Source: a virus
Taxonomy: Duplodnaviria; Caudoviricetes
Strand: one strand, 5' to 3'
DNA: 53,821 nucleotides
IMG/VR virus record: IMGVR_UViG_3300038713_000166
Location: 1 to 53,821 of that record
Shown here: piece by piece, positions 18,045-28,292 of the stretch
How positions within the stretch are numbered: position 1 is the first letter of the stretch
Layout: each line of letters opens with the position of its first letter
Notes under the pieces: model-generated
The model's database searches: none
Told to the model about the DNA's origin: nothing
What the model saw: only the letters and a program-made list of their open reading frames with translations
Translations under genes and position numbers: made by a program

Positions 18045-18710
18045 ATGACAACATCTAGTTCAAGAGATTTTAATTTAGATGTAGGAGAGGCCATAGAGGA
18101 GGCTTATGAGCGTTGTGGTCTAGAGATGAGAACTGGATACGATGCAAAAACTGCACGAAGATCTTTAAATATAATGTTTTCTGAGTGGGCAAACAGAGGA
18201 TTAAATCTTTGGACTGTTGAACAAAACACTCAAGCTTTAACTTCTGGCACTGCGTCTTATACATTTAATGCAGATCACACAGACTTGTTAGAAGTTGTTA
18301 TTAGAAGAGGTGGCACTGATTTTAGTTTATCAAGAATGTCTAGAGGTGATTATTTAAACTTACCTAATAAAGATCAAAGTGGTAGACCTAGTCAATATTA
18401 TTTTGACAGAAAAATAACACCCTCAGTTATTTTGTGGCCTACTCCAGATTCTAGTTCTGATAGTTTAATTTATTACTATGTCCGTAGAATACAAGATGCA
18501 GATACCTTACAGAATACGAATGACATTCCTTTTCGTTTTTTACCTTGTTTAGTTGCAGGACTTGCTTATTATATATCAATGAAAAAAGCACCCGAAAGAA
18601 TACAAATTCTAAAGAGTGTTTATGAAGAAGAATTTCAAAGAGCGAGTGATGAGGATGAAGATAGAGTACCACTTAAACTTACACCAGATATTAAATACTT
18701 GAGGGTCTAA
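18045..18710 (+). CDS. Head-to-tail adaptor-like protein
   Basis: IEEAYERCG...EWANRGLNLW...LWPTPD...FLPCLVAGLAY; position after the head genes. Confidence 0.7.
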   Translation: MTTSSSRDFNLDVGEAIEEAYERCGLEMRTGYDAKTARRSLNIMFSEWANRGLNLWTVEQNTQALTSGTASYTFNADHTDLLEVVIRRGGTDFSLSRMSRGDYLNLPNKDQSGRPSQYYFDRKITPSVILWPTPDSSSDSLIYYYVRRIQDADTLQNTNDIPFRFLPCLVAGLAYYISMKKAPERIQILKSVYEEEFQRASDEDEDRVPLKLTPDIKYLRV

Positions 18711-19021
18711 TGGCTAGATTTGCAAGTAATAAAAGAGCATTTGGATATTCAGAACGTTCTGGTTTTCGTTATAAATTAAAAGATATGAGAAAAGAATGGA
18801 ATGGTTTAACTGTTGGATACGATGAGTATGAGTCAAAACACCCACAACTAGATCCTATTCGTGTAGGTCCAGATCCACAAGCTTTGAGAAATCCAAAACC
18901 TAGAGTAGAGTTTATTAACGCAAAGATAGAAATACCAATTTTTGATTTAAATACTTTAGTATTTAATCCTACACCAAAAGCGATTGGTGAAGTTGGAACA
19001 GTCACAGTGAGCATAACATGA
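18710..19021 (+). CDS. Virion-module hypothetical protein
   Basis: RSGFRY...EWNG...KHPQL; C-terminal GEVGTVTVS. Confidence 0.7.
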   Translation: MARFASNKRAFGYSERSGFRYKLKDMRKEWNGLTVGYDEYESKHPQLDPIRVGPDPQALRNPKPRVEFINAKIEIPIFDLNTLVFNPTPKAIGEVGTVTVSIT

Positions 19022-19665
19022 GTTTTACTTTAACAACACTAACTGCCTCAATTAAAGAATGGACAGAAAACGATGAATCTACTTTTGTAGCAGAGATACC
19101 TTTTTTTATACAAAATGCTGAAGAAAGAATATTTAAATCTGTTGATTTAGATTATTTTAGAAAAAATGTATCTGGAACATTAACAAGTGGCAACAAATTT
19201 CTACAAAAACCATCTGATTATTTAGCAACTCACTCTTTATCATATGTAAATTCAAGTAGTGAAAATGTATTTTTATTACAAAAAGATGTTAATTTTTTAC
19301 AAGAATACTCACCAAATCCCTCCACAACTGGTTTACCTATTTATTATGCACAGTTTGATGTTGATAATTTTATTGTAGCTCCTACACCAAATAGTAATTT
19401 TTCAGTTGAATTACATTATTTTTACAGACCTGCATCACTAACTACTGATGACTCTGGCACAACTTGGATAAGTACAAATGCACCAGATGCTTTGTTATAC
19501 GCTGCTTTAGTTGAAGCGTATACGTTTATGAAAGGGGAAAACGACTTAATCCAACTTTATACTTCTAGATATGTAGAATCTCTTGCACGATTGAAAAATT
19601 ATGCAGAGGGTAGAAACTACTCAGATAGCTATAGAGATGGGTTAGTTAGACAGCCAAGAACTTAA
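19018..19665 (+). CDS. Adaptor / tail tubular-like protein
   Basis: FIQNAEERI...APTPN...TWIS.NAPDALLY. Confidence 0.65.
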   Translation: MSFTLTTLTASIKEWTENDESTFVAEIPFFIQNAEERIFKSVDLDYFRKNVSGTLTSGNKFLQKPSDYLATHSLSYVNSSSENVFLLQKDVNFLQEYSPNPSTTGLPIYYAQFDVDNFIVAPTPNSNFSVELHYFYRPASLTTDDSGTTWISTNAPDALLYAALVEAYTFMKGENDLIQLYTSRYVESLARLKNYAEGRNYSDSYRDGLVRQPRT

Positions 19666-20390
19666 TGAAATTAAAAAATAAAAGCATCGCAATTGTCGCA
19701 CTAGGTAATAGTTATTCAGAATATATATTAGCTAGAATAAGAAGCGAAAAGTTTGACGAAGTATGGACTATCAACTCTATGTCAGGAGTTATTTATCATA
19801 ATAAATGTTTTATGATGGATCCACCTTCAAGATTTTTAGATTCTCCTAATGCTGGTAAACAAACAGACATAATGACAGAAAGACTTTTAAGTAAAAAAGA
19901 TATACCAATTTATTCTTGTTGCTTAGATAAAAGATGTCCAGATGTGGTAGAGTTTCCTTTACAAGAGGTTATACAAAAAACTGGATATGCTTATTTTAAC
20001 AATACAGTATCATATTCTTTAGGTTACGCTATCTCACAAGAAGTTTCAGACTTACATCTTTATGGAATAGATTTCACTCACAAAGACGTAGCCTTTGCCG
20101 AAGCTGGTAGGGCCTGTTGTGAATTTTGGTTAGCAATAGCTATTTCAAAAAAAATAAAAGTTCATATAGCGAACAGTTCATCTTTGCTAGATATGAATGT
20201 CCCAGACGATGAAAAACTCTATGGTTATCATAGACTTGATGATCCACTTGTTTCCATGGCAACAGAAGGCAGTATGTTAATAACAAGAAAATCAAAATTA
20301 GAGCCACCAGAGCCATTAGATTCAAAACCTAATTTAATTGGTAGAAATGATATAGCTGGTGTAAGTTATGAGGAGAAAAAAAATGTTTAG
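19665..20390 (+). CDS. Putative glycosyltransferase-like enzyme (Maf/sialyltransferase-like Rossmann fold)
   Basis: IAIVALGNS...EVWTIN...NNTVSY...LHLYGIDF motif order. Confidence 0.5.
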   Translation: MKLKNKSIAIVALGNSYSEYILARIRSEKFDEVWTINSMSGVIYHNKCFMMDPPSRFLDSPNAGKQTDIMTERLLSKKDIPIYSCCLDKRCPDVVEFPLQEVIQKTGYAYFNNTVSYSLGYAISQEVSDLHLYGIDFTHKDVAFAEAGRACCEFWLAIAISKKIKVHIANSSSLLDMNVPDDEKLYGYHRLDDPLVSMATEGSMLITRKSKLEPPEPLDSKPNLIGRNDIAGVSYEEKKNV

Positions 20391-20670
20391 TGTCAATGTT
20401 TCAGAAATAGGAAGTGTAAATGTTATGACATCACAAAAGGGTGGATTAACAAATGAACAAATAGCAGATTTAGCAGTTGATAAGATAGCAGGCATATCAG
20501 ATCAAGCTCCTCCTCATGTAAGACAACAGGCTAAATTATTTAAAGAACAACTTAAAGGAGTTTTGTATCATTATATATTATTGGCAAGAAGAGAGGAACG
20601 TGCTAGTATAATTCAAGTTCTAAGATCAAGTGGTCAAAAAGAAACGGCTGAATATATAAGGAGACTTTAA
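20383..20670 (+). CDS. Hypothetical protein
   Basis: GAGGAG RBS before MFSVNVSE; APPHVRQQA. Confidence 0.65.
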   Translation: MFSVNVSEIGSVNVMTSQKGGLTNEQIADLAVDKIAGISDQAPPHVRQQAKLFKEQLKGVLYHYILLARREERASIIQVLRSSGQKETAEYIRRL

Positions 20671-20671
20671 T

Positions 20672-21124
20672 ATGGCTATAGCACAAGCAATGTGTACTTC
20701 CTTCAAAACAGAGTTATTGACGGGCACACACAATTTTGCAACAAACGGCAATGATTTCAAATTAGCACTTTATGCAGAAGGTGGTGGCGGTAAATCATCA
20801 ACTACTGCAACATTAGGCGCAACAACAACTGCTTTTACCACTACTGGTGAAGTAGCAAATAGTGGTTCTTATTCGTCTGGTGGTGGGAGTTTAACAAAAG
20901 TTGCTCCAACTAGTTCTGGTACAACAGCGTTTACAGATTTTTCTGATATAAGTTTTACAACAGCCACAATTACGGCTATGGGTGCGTTAATATACAATGA
21001 CACTAATAGTAATAAAGCTGTTTGTGTGTTGGATTTTTCAACTAATAAAACATCAACAGCGGGGACATTTACTGTTCAATTTCCTACTGCTGATGCGAGT
21101 AACGCAATTATAAGGATTGCTTAA
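20672..21124 (+). CDS. Virion (tail/fibre-associated) structural protein
   Basis: MAIAQAMCTSFKTELL...FKLALY...FPTADASNAIIRIA. Confidence 0.7.
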   Translation: MAIAQAMCTSFKTELLTGTHNFATNGNDFKLALYAEGGGGKSSTTATLGATTTAFTTTGEVANSGSYSSGGGSLTKVAPTSSGTTAFTDFSDISFTTATITAMGALIYNDTNSNKAVCVLDFSTNKTSTAGTFTVQFPTADASNAIIRIA

Positions 21125-21146
21125 TTTAACAACTATAAGGTAAAGC

Positions 21147-21818
21147 ATGTCATATACTGGATTAACTGGCTGGGGTAGAGGTGCATGGGGAGATGGTGCT
21201 TGGGATGAACCCACACCTATTCCAGTTACCTTAAGTGGTGCAACTGGTGCTGTCGGATCAGTTACAGTTGTTCCATCCATAGAAGTTTCTGCTACTCAAA
21301 GTGCCATTACTGGTGCCATTGGCTCAGTTACAGTTGTTCCATCTACACAAGTTTCTGTTACTCAAAGTGCCATTACTGGTGCTGTTGGAACAGTTTTAAT
21401 AGTAGGTAATTCTAATCTTTCCACTACTGGTGTTGAAGGGACTACTGCTTTAGGAACAGTAGGAGTTGGTGCGGGAGCCAAAGTTTCCACAACTACAAAT
21501 GTCGGTACTGGATCTGTTGGAACAGTAGGCATTAGTGGAGGTGCTTCTGTTTCTCCAACCACTGTAGCTGGTACTGGATCTATTGGATCAGTGACTATTG
21601 TAGGAACTTCTGTTTTAAGTTTAACTGGAACAAGTGGAACTGCATCGGTAGGAACTGGTGTTGCAATCATTGATGTTAGTATTTCAACGACTGGTGTAAC
21701 TGCGACAGGTTCTACTGGAGAGGAAAATGTTTGGAGTTTAATAACACCAGATCAAACAACAAGTTTTTCAAATATAACAGTTTCACAAACTCCAAATTGG
21801 AGTGAAATAGCAGCGTAA
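21147..21818 (+). CDS. Repetitive beta-strand fibre/spike-like protein
   Basis: GWGRGAWGDGAW, then ~22-aa repeats containing TGxVGxVTV. Confidence 0.7.
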   Translation: MSYTGLTGWGRGAWGDGAWDEPTPIPVTLSGATGAVGSVTVVPSIEVSATQSAITGAIGSVTVVPSTQVSVTQSAITGAVGTVLIVGNSNLSTTGVEGTTALGTVGVGAGAKVSTTTNVGTGSVGTVGISGGASVSPTTVAGTGSIGSVTIVGTSVLSLTGTSGTASVGTGVAIIDVSISTTGVTATGSTGEENVWSLITPDQTTSFSNITVSQTPNWSEIAA

Positions 21819-21828
21819 GGATAATAAC

Positions 21829-24165
21829 ATGGCAAGTACATTCGTAAATAATTTAAGACTCGAAGAAATGGCTACTGGTGAACAATCAGGGCAATGGGGT
21901 ACTAAAACCAACACAAACTTAGAACTTATAGGTGAGGCATTAGGATTTGGCACAGAAGCCATAACAACTAATGCTGATACTCACGACACAACAGTGGCAG
22001 ACGCAACTTCTGATGCAGGAAGAGCAATGTTCATTAAATATACTGGAACACTAGATTCTGCTTGTACCATAACAATCAGTCCAAATACTATGAAAAGAGT
22101 TCATATAATAGAAAATGCAACTAGTGGATCGCAAAACATTATTATATCTCAATCAAGTTCTGGAGCAAATGTAACAATAGCACCTGGCACAACTAAAGTT
22201 GTATACTTAGATGGAGGTGGGAGTTCAGCGGCAGTTGTTGATGCTTTTGCACATTTAGCGGCAGTTGATTTAACTGTAGACGATGATTTAACCTTAAAAT
22301 CAGATGGTGCAGTGCTTGGTTTTGGAGCAGATACAGACACCACATTAACGCACACAGATGGCACAGGTCTTACACTTAATAGCACTAATAAACTTACATT
22401 TGGTGATGTCGCAACTTTTATTCATCAAAACACTGATGGTAGCATGACTATATCTGGTGAAGCTAATATTGTGCTTACAGCATCTGATTCTATATCTACG
22501 ACTACTTCAGGAACATCAAATGTAAAACTTGGTGCTAATGCTGGAAACAGTATCGCAAGTGGTGGAAATTATAATGTGTTTATTGGAGATGAAGCAGGAA
22601 CTGCAATTACTACTGGCGATAGTAATGTAGCAGTAGGTTTTGAAGCACTTAGTACAGAAGATGCACATAGTAGAAATACTGCTATTGGTCATCAGTCATT
22701 AAAAACTCAAGATGCAGGAGCAAATGGACAAAGCACAGCAGTTGGTTATAATTCAGGAAAAGCAGTTACTACTGGAATTGAAAATGTATTTATTGGAGCT
22801 TCGGCAGGAGAAAGTGCTACAACTCCAAGTAATACAGTAGCAGTTGGTAAAAGTGCTTGTGGTGGAGCAGTATTAACTGGTGATAACAATACAGTAGTTG
22901 GTCATGGAGCAGGAACAGCAATGACCTCTGGTCAACTGAACACTTTAGTTGGAGCAACATCAGGAGATGCACTAGATGTTGGGATTACAAATGTTGCTTT
23001 TGGATATGGTTCATTGACCTCTGACACTGCAGGAAACAGATCAACTGCATTAGGTTACAACACATTACAAAATCAAAATTTTAGTAGCTCTACAGACTCT
23101 AACAATACAGCAGTTGGATTTCAAGCAGGTATAAGTGTAACAACTGGAATTAATAATACTTTTATTGGCAGTGCAGCAGGAGATGCCTTAAATGTTGGTG
23201 ATAACAATGTAGCAATTGGATATAATGCTTTAACTGCTGATACAAAAGGTGAAAGGTCAGTAGCTTTAGGAGTAAGTGCGTTAGCATCACAAAATTTTAC
23301 AAGTGCTACTGAAAGTAAAAATACTGCCATAGGAATGTTTTGCCTTGATACATTAAGTACAGGAACAAACAATACTGCCATTGGATACAATTCTGGTGGA
23401 GATATGACAACTGGAACTAAGAACACCATTGTTGGTTCATATACTGGCAATGGAGGTGGCTTAGACATAAGAACATCAAGCAATTATATTGTGTTATCAG
23501 ATGGTGATGGTAACCCTAGACAAATTACAACAAATACTGGTCATACTAGTTGGACAAGAGATTTAAGTGATTCAGATAGAGCTAATAATACAAATTATCA
23601 TGCTATACATAATACTTCAAATACACACCCTGCTCTTGTTGTAGAACATTCAGGTGATAGCACACCAAATGGAATATTTATTGATTTTTCAGATGCAGAC
23701 CCTGATAATACTTCTCAATGGTTTATTAAAGCAGAAGGTTCAACTGGTGCTGAAAGATTTAAAGTTTTATCAAATGGAAACACTCTCAATGCCAATGATG
23801 TTTTTGGTGCTATTTCTGATGAAAAATTAAAAGAACAAATTAAAGATGCTTCATCACAATGGAATGATATAAAAGCATTAAAAATTCGTAAATATAAATT
23901 TAAAACAGATGTTGCAAAAGGTGATAGTGATGAACATTGGAGGTTAGGAGTCATTGCACAAGAATTAGAAACATCTGGCATGAATGGTCTTGTTATGGAT
24001 ATTCCAGATATGATTGAGAATAAAGATGGAGAAAACGTAGAATCTGAAACAACAACAAAGTCAGTTAAAACATCTGTACTACACATGAAAGCAGTCAAAG
24101 CATTACAAGAAGCAATGGCAAGAATAGAAACACTTGAAGCAAAAGTTACAGCATTGGAAGGATAA
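21829..24165 (+). CDS. Tail fibre with NxAxG repeats and C-terminal peptidase S74 intramolecular chaperone
   Basis: Many N(T/V)A(V/I)G repeats; SDEKLKEQI...GVIAQE...KALQEAMARIETLE. Confidence 0.85.
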   Translation: MASTFVNNLRLEEMATGEQSGQWGTKTNTNLELIGEALGFGTEAITTNADTHDTTVADATSDAGRAMFIKYTGTLDSACTITISPNTMKRVHIIENATSGSQNIIISQSSSGANVTIAPGTTKVVYLDGGGSSAAVVDAFAHLAAVDLTVDDDLTLKSDGAVLGFGADTDTTLTHTDGTGLTLNSTNKLTFGDVATFIHQNTDGSMTISGEANIVLTASDSISTTTSGTSNVKLGANAGNSIASGGNYNVFIGDEAGTAITTGDSNVAVGFEALSTEDAHSRNTAIGHQSLKTQDAGANGQSTAVGYNSGKAVTTGIENVFIGASAGESATTPSNTVAVGKSACGGAVLTGDNNTVVGHGAGTAMTSGQLNTLVGATSGDALDVGITNVAFGYGSLTSDTAGNRSTALGYNTLQNQNFSSSTDSNNTAVGFQAGISVTTGINNTFIGSAAGDALNVGDNNVAIGYNALTADTKGERSVALGVSALASQNFTSATESKNTAIGMFCLDTLSTGTNNTAIGYNSGGDMTTGTKNTIVGSYTGNGGGLDIRTSSNYIVLSDGDGNPRQITTNTGHTSWTRDLSDSDRANNTNYHAIHNTSNTHPALVVEHSGDSTPNGIFIDFSDADPDNTSQWFIKAEGSTGAERFKVLSNGNTLNANDVFGAISDEKLKEQIKDASSQWNDIKALKIRKYKFKTDVAKGDSDEHWRLGVIAQELETSGMNGLVMDIPDMIENKDGENVESETTTKSVKTSVLHMKAVKALQEAMARIETLEAKVTALEG

Positions 24166-24168
24166 ATA

Positions 24169-24456
24169 ATGATAGAGGAAAAACCAAGAACTACAGAAGA
24201 AATAGCACAAGCACATAAAGCTTGTTTAGATGGAGCAGATACAATCAATGTTATAATTGCTACCCATGCGAAAGGCAGTGATGCAACAGATGCAGATTTT
24301 TCATTTGACCTAACACATGACGAAAAGAAAGCAAGAGTACGAAGAGGTGTTAGCTATTTAAAATATCAAAAAGAAAATTATGATGATTGGGAAAAACTAG
24401 ATTTTACAGTTATAGACAAAGCTATAGCTGACGCTGATGCTTTTACAGGAGATTAA
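24169..24456 (+). CDS. Hypothetical protein (possible fibre assembly)
   Basis: Follows the tail fibre. Confidence 0.6.
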   Translation: MIEEKPRTTEEIAQAHKACLDGADTINVIIATHAKGSDATDADFSFDLTHDEKKARVRRGVSYLKYQKENYDDWEKLDFTVIDKAIADADAFTGD

Positions 24457-24457
24457 A

Positions 24458-24709
24458 ATGAGTGATGAAAACGTGTTAAGTTTGGATGGAAAATCTTACA
24501 AAGAAGAAGAATTAACAGATGAACAAAAATATTATAAAGAACAAATCACTGACTTACAAAATAAAATTGTAAGGGTTAAATTTGAATTAGATCAACTTTC
24601 TGCATCACAAAGTCATTTTCGCAATTTACTCGTTAATTCACTAAAAAAAACAATGGACTCAATAGAAAATAGTAAGGATAGCAAACCCAAAAGTCAAAAT
24701 GTAGGATAA
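24458..24709 (+). CDS. Coiled-coil hypothetical protein
   Basis: AGGAG RBS; LDGKSYKEEELT...QITDL. Confidence 0.65.
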   Translation: MSDENVLSLDGKSYKEEELTDEQKYYKEQITDLQNKIVRVKFELDQLSASQSHFRNLLVNSLKKTMDSIENSKDSKPKSQNVG

Positions 24710-24712
24710 TAA

Positions 24713-25270
24713 ATGCCCATAACATCCTTAAAATTTAGACCTGGAATTAATAAAGAAACAACTTCCTATTCAAACAAAGGTGGTTGGAATGATTGCGATC
24801 TTGTTCGTTTTCGTTTTGGATACCCCGAAAAATTAGGTGGTTGGGAAAAATATTCTACCAATACTTTTCTGGGTTCTGCAAGATCACTGCATGCTTGGGC
24901 AAACTTGCAAAGTAATAAATATTTAGGCATTGGCACAGAAATAAAATTTTATATTGAAGAATCACAAGGTTATAATGATATAACACCACTTAGACGTAAA
25001 GTAGTAAATGGTGTTGTAGTTTTTGATTTAGATGGTGGAACAGTAATTTCATCGGTTTCTGGGAATGTGGGAACAAGTCAATTAGGATCAGTTATTGTTT
25101 TTGGATCACAAGATGTTCCTGTTGGTGCACTTACACCTGCAACAGGAGAGATCGGAACAGTTACAATAGATATCCCACCAACCGCTGCTAATTTAGCCAT
25201 GACCACGGCAGTAGGAAATGTAACTGTATCGATAACTAATGAAGCAACTGTTACTGTAGGTGGTTCTTAA
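24713..25270 (+). CDS. Tail nozzle/stabilisation protein, N-terminal part
   Basis: LKFRPGINKE...VRFRFGYPEKLGGW...NDITPLR plus a beta-repeat extension. Confidence 0.65.
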   Translation: MPITSLKFRPGINKETTSYSNKGGWNDCDLVRFRFGYPEKLGGWEKYSTNTFLGSARSLHAWANLQSNKYLGIGTEIKFYIEESQGYNDITPLRRKVVNGVVVFDLDGGTVISSVSGNVGTSQLGSVIVFGSQDVPVGALTPATGEIGTVTIDIPPTAANLAMTTAVGNVTVSITNEATVTVGGS

Positions 25271-25271
25271 T

Positions 25272-26816
25272 ATGGCGATTACTTTTACATCTGCAACCGA
25301 TAGCACTAGTGTTACTGTTAATGACTCTTCTCATGGAGCTATAGAAGGTGATTTTGTAACTTTTAGTAATGCAGCCACAGGAAATTCTACTTTAAATACT
25401 CAACTTGATAATGAGTTTTCAATAACATCGATTACAGATAGTAATAGTTATGTTATTACTTTAAGTTCTAATGCAGCCGCTGCTTTGTCTAGTGCTGGTT
25501 CGGCAGATGCTGAATATCAACTTAATAAAGGTATTAATACAGTCGTGCCTGGTGATGGGTGGGGTGCTGGTACTTGGGGAGGATCACAACATTGGGGTGA
25601 TCCTGCTGGAGAAACTGCTGGTGGTGGCACTCTACGTTTGTGGTCACAAGATAATTTTGGTGAGGATTTGATATTTAATCAAAGAGATGGTTTTGTTTTT
25701 TATTGGGATAAAACCCTTGGTACTAGCACAAGAGCAAAAAATTTAATAGAGTTATCAGATGCTGCACCAACTAAATCTCGCAAAGTCATTGTGTCTGAAA
25801 GAGATCGTCATGTAATATGTTTTGGTGCAAATCCAATAGGTCAAACGGCACAAGATAGATTACTTATACGTTTTAGTTCACAAGAAAATCCATTTTTATG
25901 GACACCAACTGCTACAAATACCGCTGGAGATCTAAGAATTGGTTCTGGTTCTGAAATTGTTACTGCCGTTAAAACAAGAAGAGAGATTATTGTTTTAACA
26001 AATACATCTATTCATAGTATGCAGTTTATTGGGCCTCCTTTCACATTTGGTATAAATCAACTTGCAAGTTCCATAACAGTTAGAGCATTTAACTCAGCAG
26101 TTGCAGTTGGTGACGCAGTTTATTGGATGGGATATGATAGATTTTATATTTATGATGGTCGTGTTCAAGTTATACCTTGTTCTGTAAGAGATCACGTATT
26201 TCAAGATTTTAACGAAACACAGTCAGGTAAAGTTTATGCAGGTGTAAATTCAGCTTTTGGTGAGGTGTTTTGGTTCTATCCATCTGCAACTAATTCTGCT
26301 GCAAATGGTGGCACAGATGAAAATGACAAATATGTAGTGTATAACTATGATCAAAAAATATGGTATGTAGGTAGTCTTGTTAGAACATCATGGATTGATA
26401 GAGGTGTTTATCAATATCCAATGGCAACTGATTCTAATCTTGTTTACAATCATGAAAAAGGCAATGATAACGATGGAACTGCTTTTACATCGTTTATTGA
26501 ATCAAGTCCTATTGACATACAAGATGGTGATCAATTTGTATTTTTGAGAAGAATGATACCTGACGTAAGCTTTGATAACAGTGATACTGGTATTAGTAAT
26601 GATAATAAACAAGCAATATTTTCATTGAAAGCACAAAGAAGTCCCGCAGGTGGATTTATTAAAACGTCTACAAATACTGTAACGTCTTCCACAGAATTAA
26701 ATCATTTAAGATTGCGTGGAAGATCATTTGGCCTTAGAGTAGAAAGCACAACACAAGGCGTGAATTGGAGATTTGGCACTCCAAGAGTTGACATAAGAGC
26801 GGACGGAGATAGATGA
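25272..26816 (+). CDS. Tail nozzle/stabilisation protein (P22 gp10-like), C-terminal part
   Basis: LRLWSQDNFGEDL...IRFSSQE...RLRGR...WRFGTPRVDIRADGDR. Confidence 0.7.
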   Translation: MAITFTSATDSTSVTVNDSSHGAIEGDFVTFSNAATGNSTLNTQLDNEFSITSITDSNSYVITLSSNAAAALSSAGSADAEYQLNKGINTVVPGDGWGAGTWGGSQHWGDPAGETAGGGTLRLWSQDNFGEDLIFNQRDGFVFYWDKTLGTSTRAKNLIELSDAAPTKSRKVIVSERDRHVICFGANPIGQTAQDRLLIRFSSQENPFLWTPTATNTAGDLRIGSGSEIVTAVKTRREIIVLTNTSIHSMQFIGPPFTFGINQLASSITVRAFNSAVAVGDAVYWMGYDRFYIYDGRVQVIPCSVRDHVFQDFNETQSGKVYAGVNSAFGEVFWFYPSATNSAANGGTDENDKYVVYNYDQKIWYVGSLVRTSWIDRGVYQYPMATDSNLVYNHEKGNDNDGTAFTSFIESSPIDIQDGDQFVFLRRMIPDVSFDNSDTGISNDNKQAIFSLKAQRSPAGGFIKTSTNTVTSSTELNHLRLRGRSFGLRVESTTQGVNWRFGTPRVDIRADGDR

Positions 26817-27040
26817 GTAGGCAGTTAGTACCACCAAATTTTTCTTTACCACCAGATGAATATGACGTTCAATATTTTAATGAAATGGTAAGAAGTTTAA
26901 GTCAGCTTGTTACACAATTACAAAACCCTGGTGAGCTTAGAGGAACTAAGATTACTTTGACGGATTTACCTACAAGTGATACTGATTTAGAGGTAGGTGC
27001 TTTATTTAATGATAATGGAACTATTAAAGTAAAAACATGA
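26813..27040 (+). CDS. Small virion-module protein
   Basis: LTDLPTSD...LFNDNGTIKV. Confidence 0.65.
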   Translation: MSRQLVPPNFSLPPDEYDVQYFNEMVRSLSQLVTQLQNPGELRGTKITLTDLPTSDTDLEVGALFNDNGTIKVKT

Positions 27041-27411
27041 TGCAGACTGGTATAAGTAGTTTATTAAATTTTAACGATCCAAACACTGGCATGGGTTACA
27101 GTTCTATTGAAGAACTTGAAGATGCAGTCATGGCTAAAATGAATCCACCAACTAATAGTGGTGGTATTCGAACTCTTATGGGTGGTGGATCGCCAGAGTT
27201 TGGTGGTATAATAAAGGGTCCTGGAACTGGGACCTCGGACAGTATACCAGGGATGATTTTTCAAGATGGTAAACCAGTTCAACGTGCAGCCTTATCTAAT
27301 AATGAGTTTGTATTTACAGAAAAGGCCGTCAAAGGTGCTGGTAATGGAAACATAGACAAAGGCATAGCAACAATGTATGATCTAATGGACAAGTTTGAAG
27401 GAATGGCATAA
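27037..27411 (+). CDS. GPGTGTSDSIP-motif protein
   Basis: LMGGG...IKGPGTGTSDSIP...LSNNEFV. Confidence 0.75.
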   Translation: MMQTGISSLLNFNDPNTGMGYSSIEELEDAVMAKMNPPTNSGGIRTLMGGGSPEFGGIIKGPGTGTSDSIPGMIFQDGKPVQRAALSNNEFVFTEKAVKGAGNGNIDKGIATMYDLMDKFEGMA

Positions 27412-28292
27412 TGGCAGTACAAACAGTTGAACAAAAAACCATATTACCAGAAAACCAACAAAAATTTATTGATGATTTATTAGCTGATACACGAACAGTT
27501 GCAACACAACCAGTTGAATTTCCAGAAGTTCAAGTAGCAGGTCTAACACCTTTACAAGTAGCTGCAATTCAACGTGGAGCAGCGGGTATTGGTGGTTTTC
27601 AAAATTTGTTACAAAGTGGAGCAGATACAGTTGGCATGGGCATAGCTGCGTTAATGCCTGGTGCTAGTGATGCCTTCATGAATCCTTTTGTAGATCAAGT
27701 AATTGATCAAAACTTAAAAGACATTCAAAGACAAGGTGATATTGAAAGACAAAGAATAGGTAGTGGAGCTATACAAAGTGGTGCTTTTGGTGGGTCTAGA
27801 CAAGCTATAGCAGAACAAGAATTACAAAGAAATCTTGCCGATACTTTTGCAAGACAATCTGCTGGTCTTAGAGCGCAAGCCTTTGAGTCTGCTCAAGATA
27901 GAGCACAAAAAGCATCTGAGTTATTTACAAAAGCGGGTATAGCAACTGCAGGTTTAGGTGAAGCACAACAAGCTGCCCAATTAAGAGATATTAATTTATT
28001 ATCACAATTAGGTGGAATAGAACAAGGGCAACAACAAAGAGAATTAGATGCACTTAGAGACACCTCACTACAACAACAGTTTGAACCTTATCAAAGATTA
28101 TCATTTATGTCAGATATATTTAGAGGTGTTCCATCAACTCAACAAGTATTAACTCAAACCACCACACCTGATCCTAGTAGGATTTCTCAAATTGGTGGTC
28201 TTCTAGGCGGTGTAGCTAGCCTTGCAGGAGCCTTTGGTGGAGGTGGTGCAGGCGCAGGCCTTGGTAGTCTTTTAGGTGGTTTATTTAAATGA
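27411..28292 (+). CDS. Probable ejection (pilot) protein
   Basis: Gln/Ala/Gly-rich; FMNPF, GAFGGSR; hydrophobic Gly-rich C-terminus. Confidence 0.65.
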   Translation: MAVQTVEQKTILPENQQKFIDDLLADTRTVATQPVEFPEVQVAGLTPLQVAAIQRGAAGIGGFQNLLQSGADTVGMGIAALMPGASDAFMNPFVDQVIDQNLKDIQRQGDIERQRIGSGAIQSGAFGGSRQAIAEQELQRNLADTFARQSAGLRAQAFESAQDRAQKASELFTKAGIATAGLGEAQQAAQLRDINLLSQLGGIEQGQQQRELDALRDTSLQQQFEPYQRLSFMSDIFRGVPSTQQVLTQTTTPDPSRISQIGGLLGGVASLAGAFGGGGAGAGLGSLLGGLFK

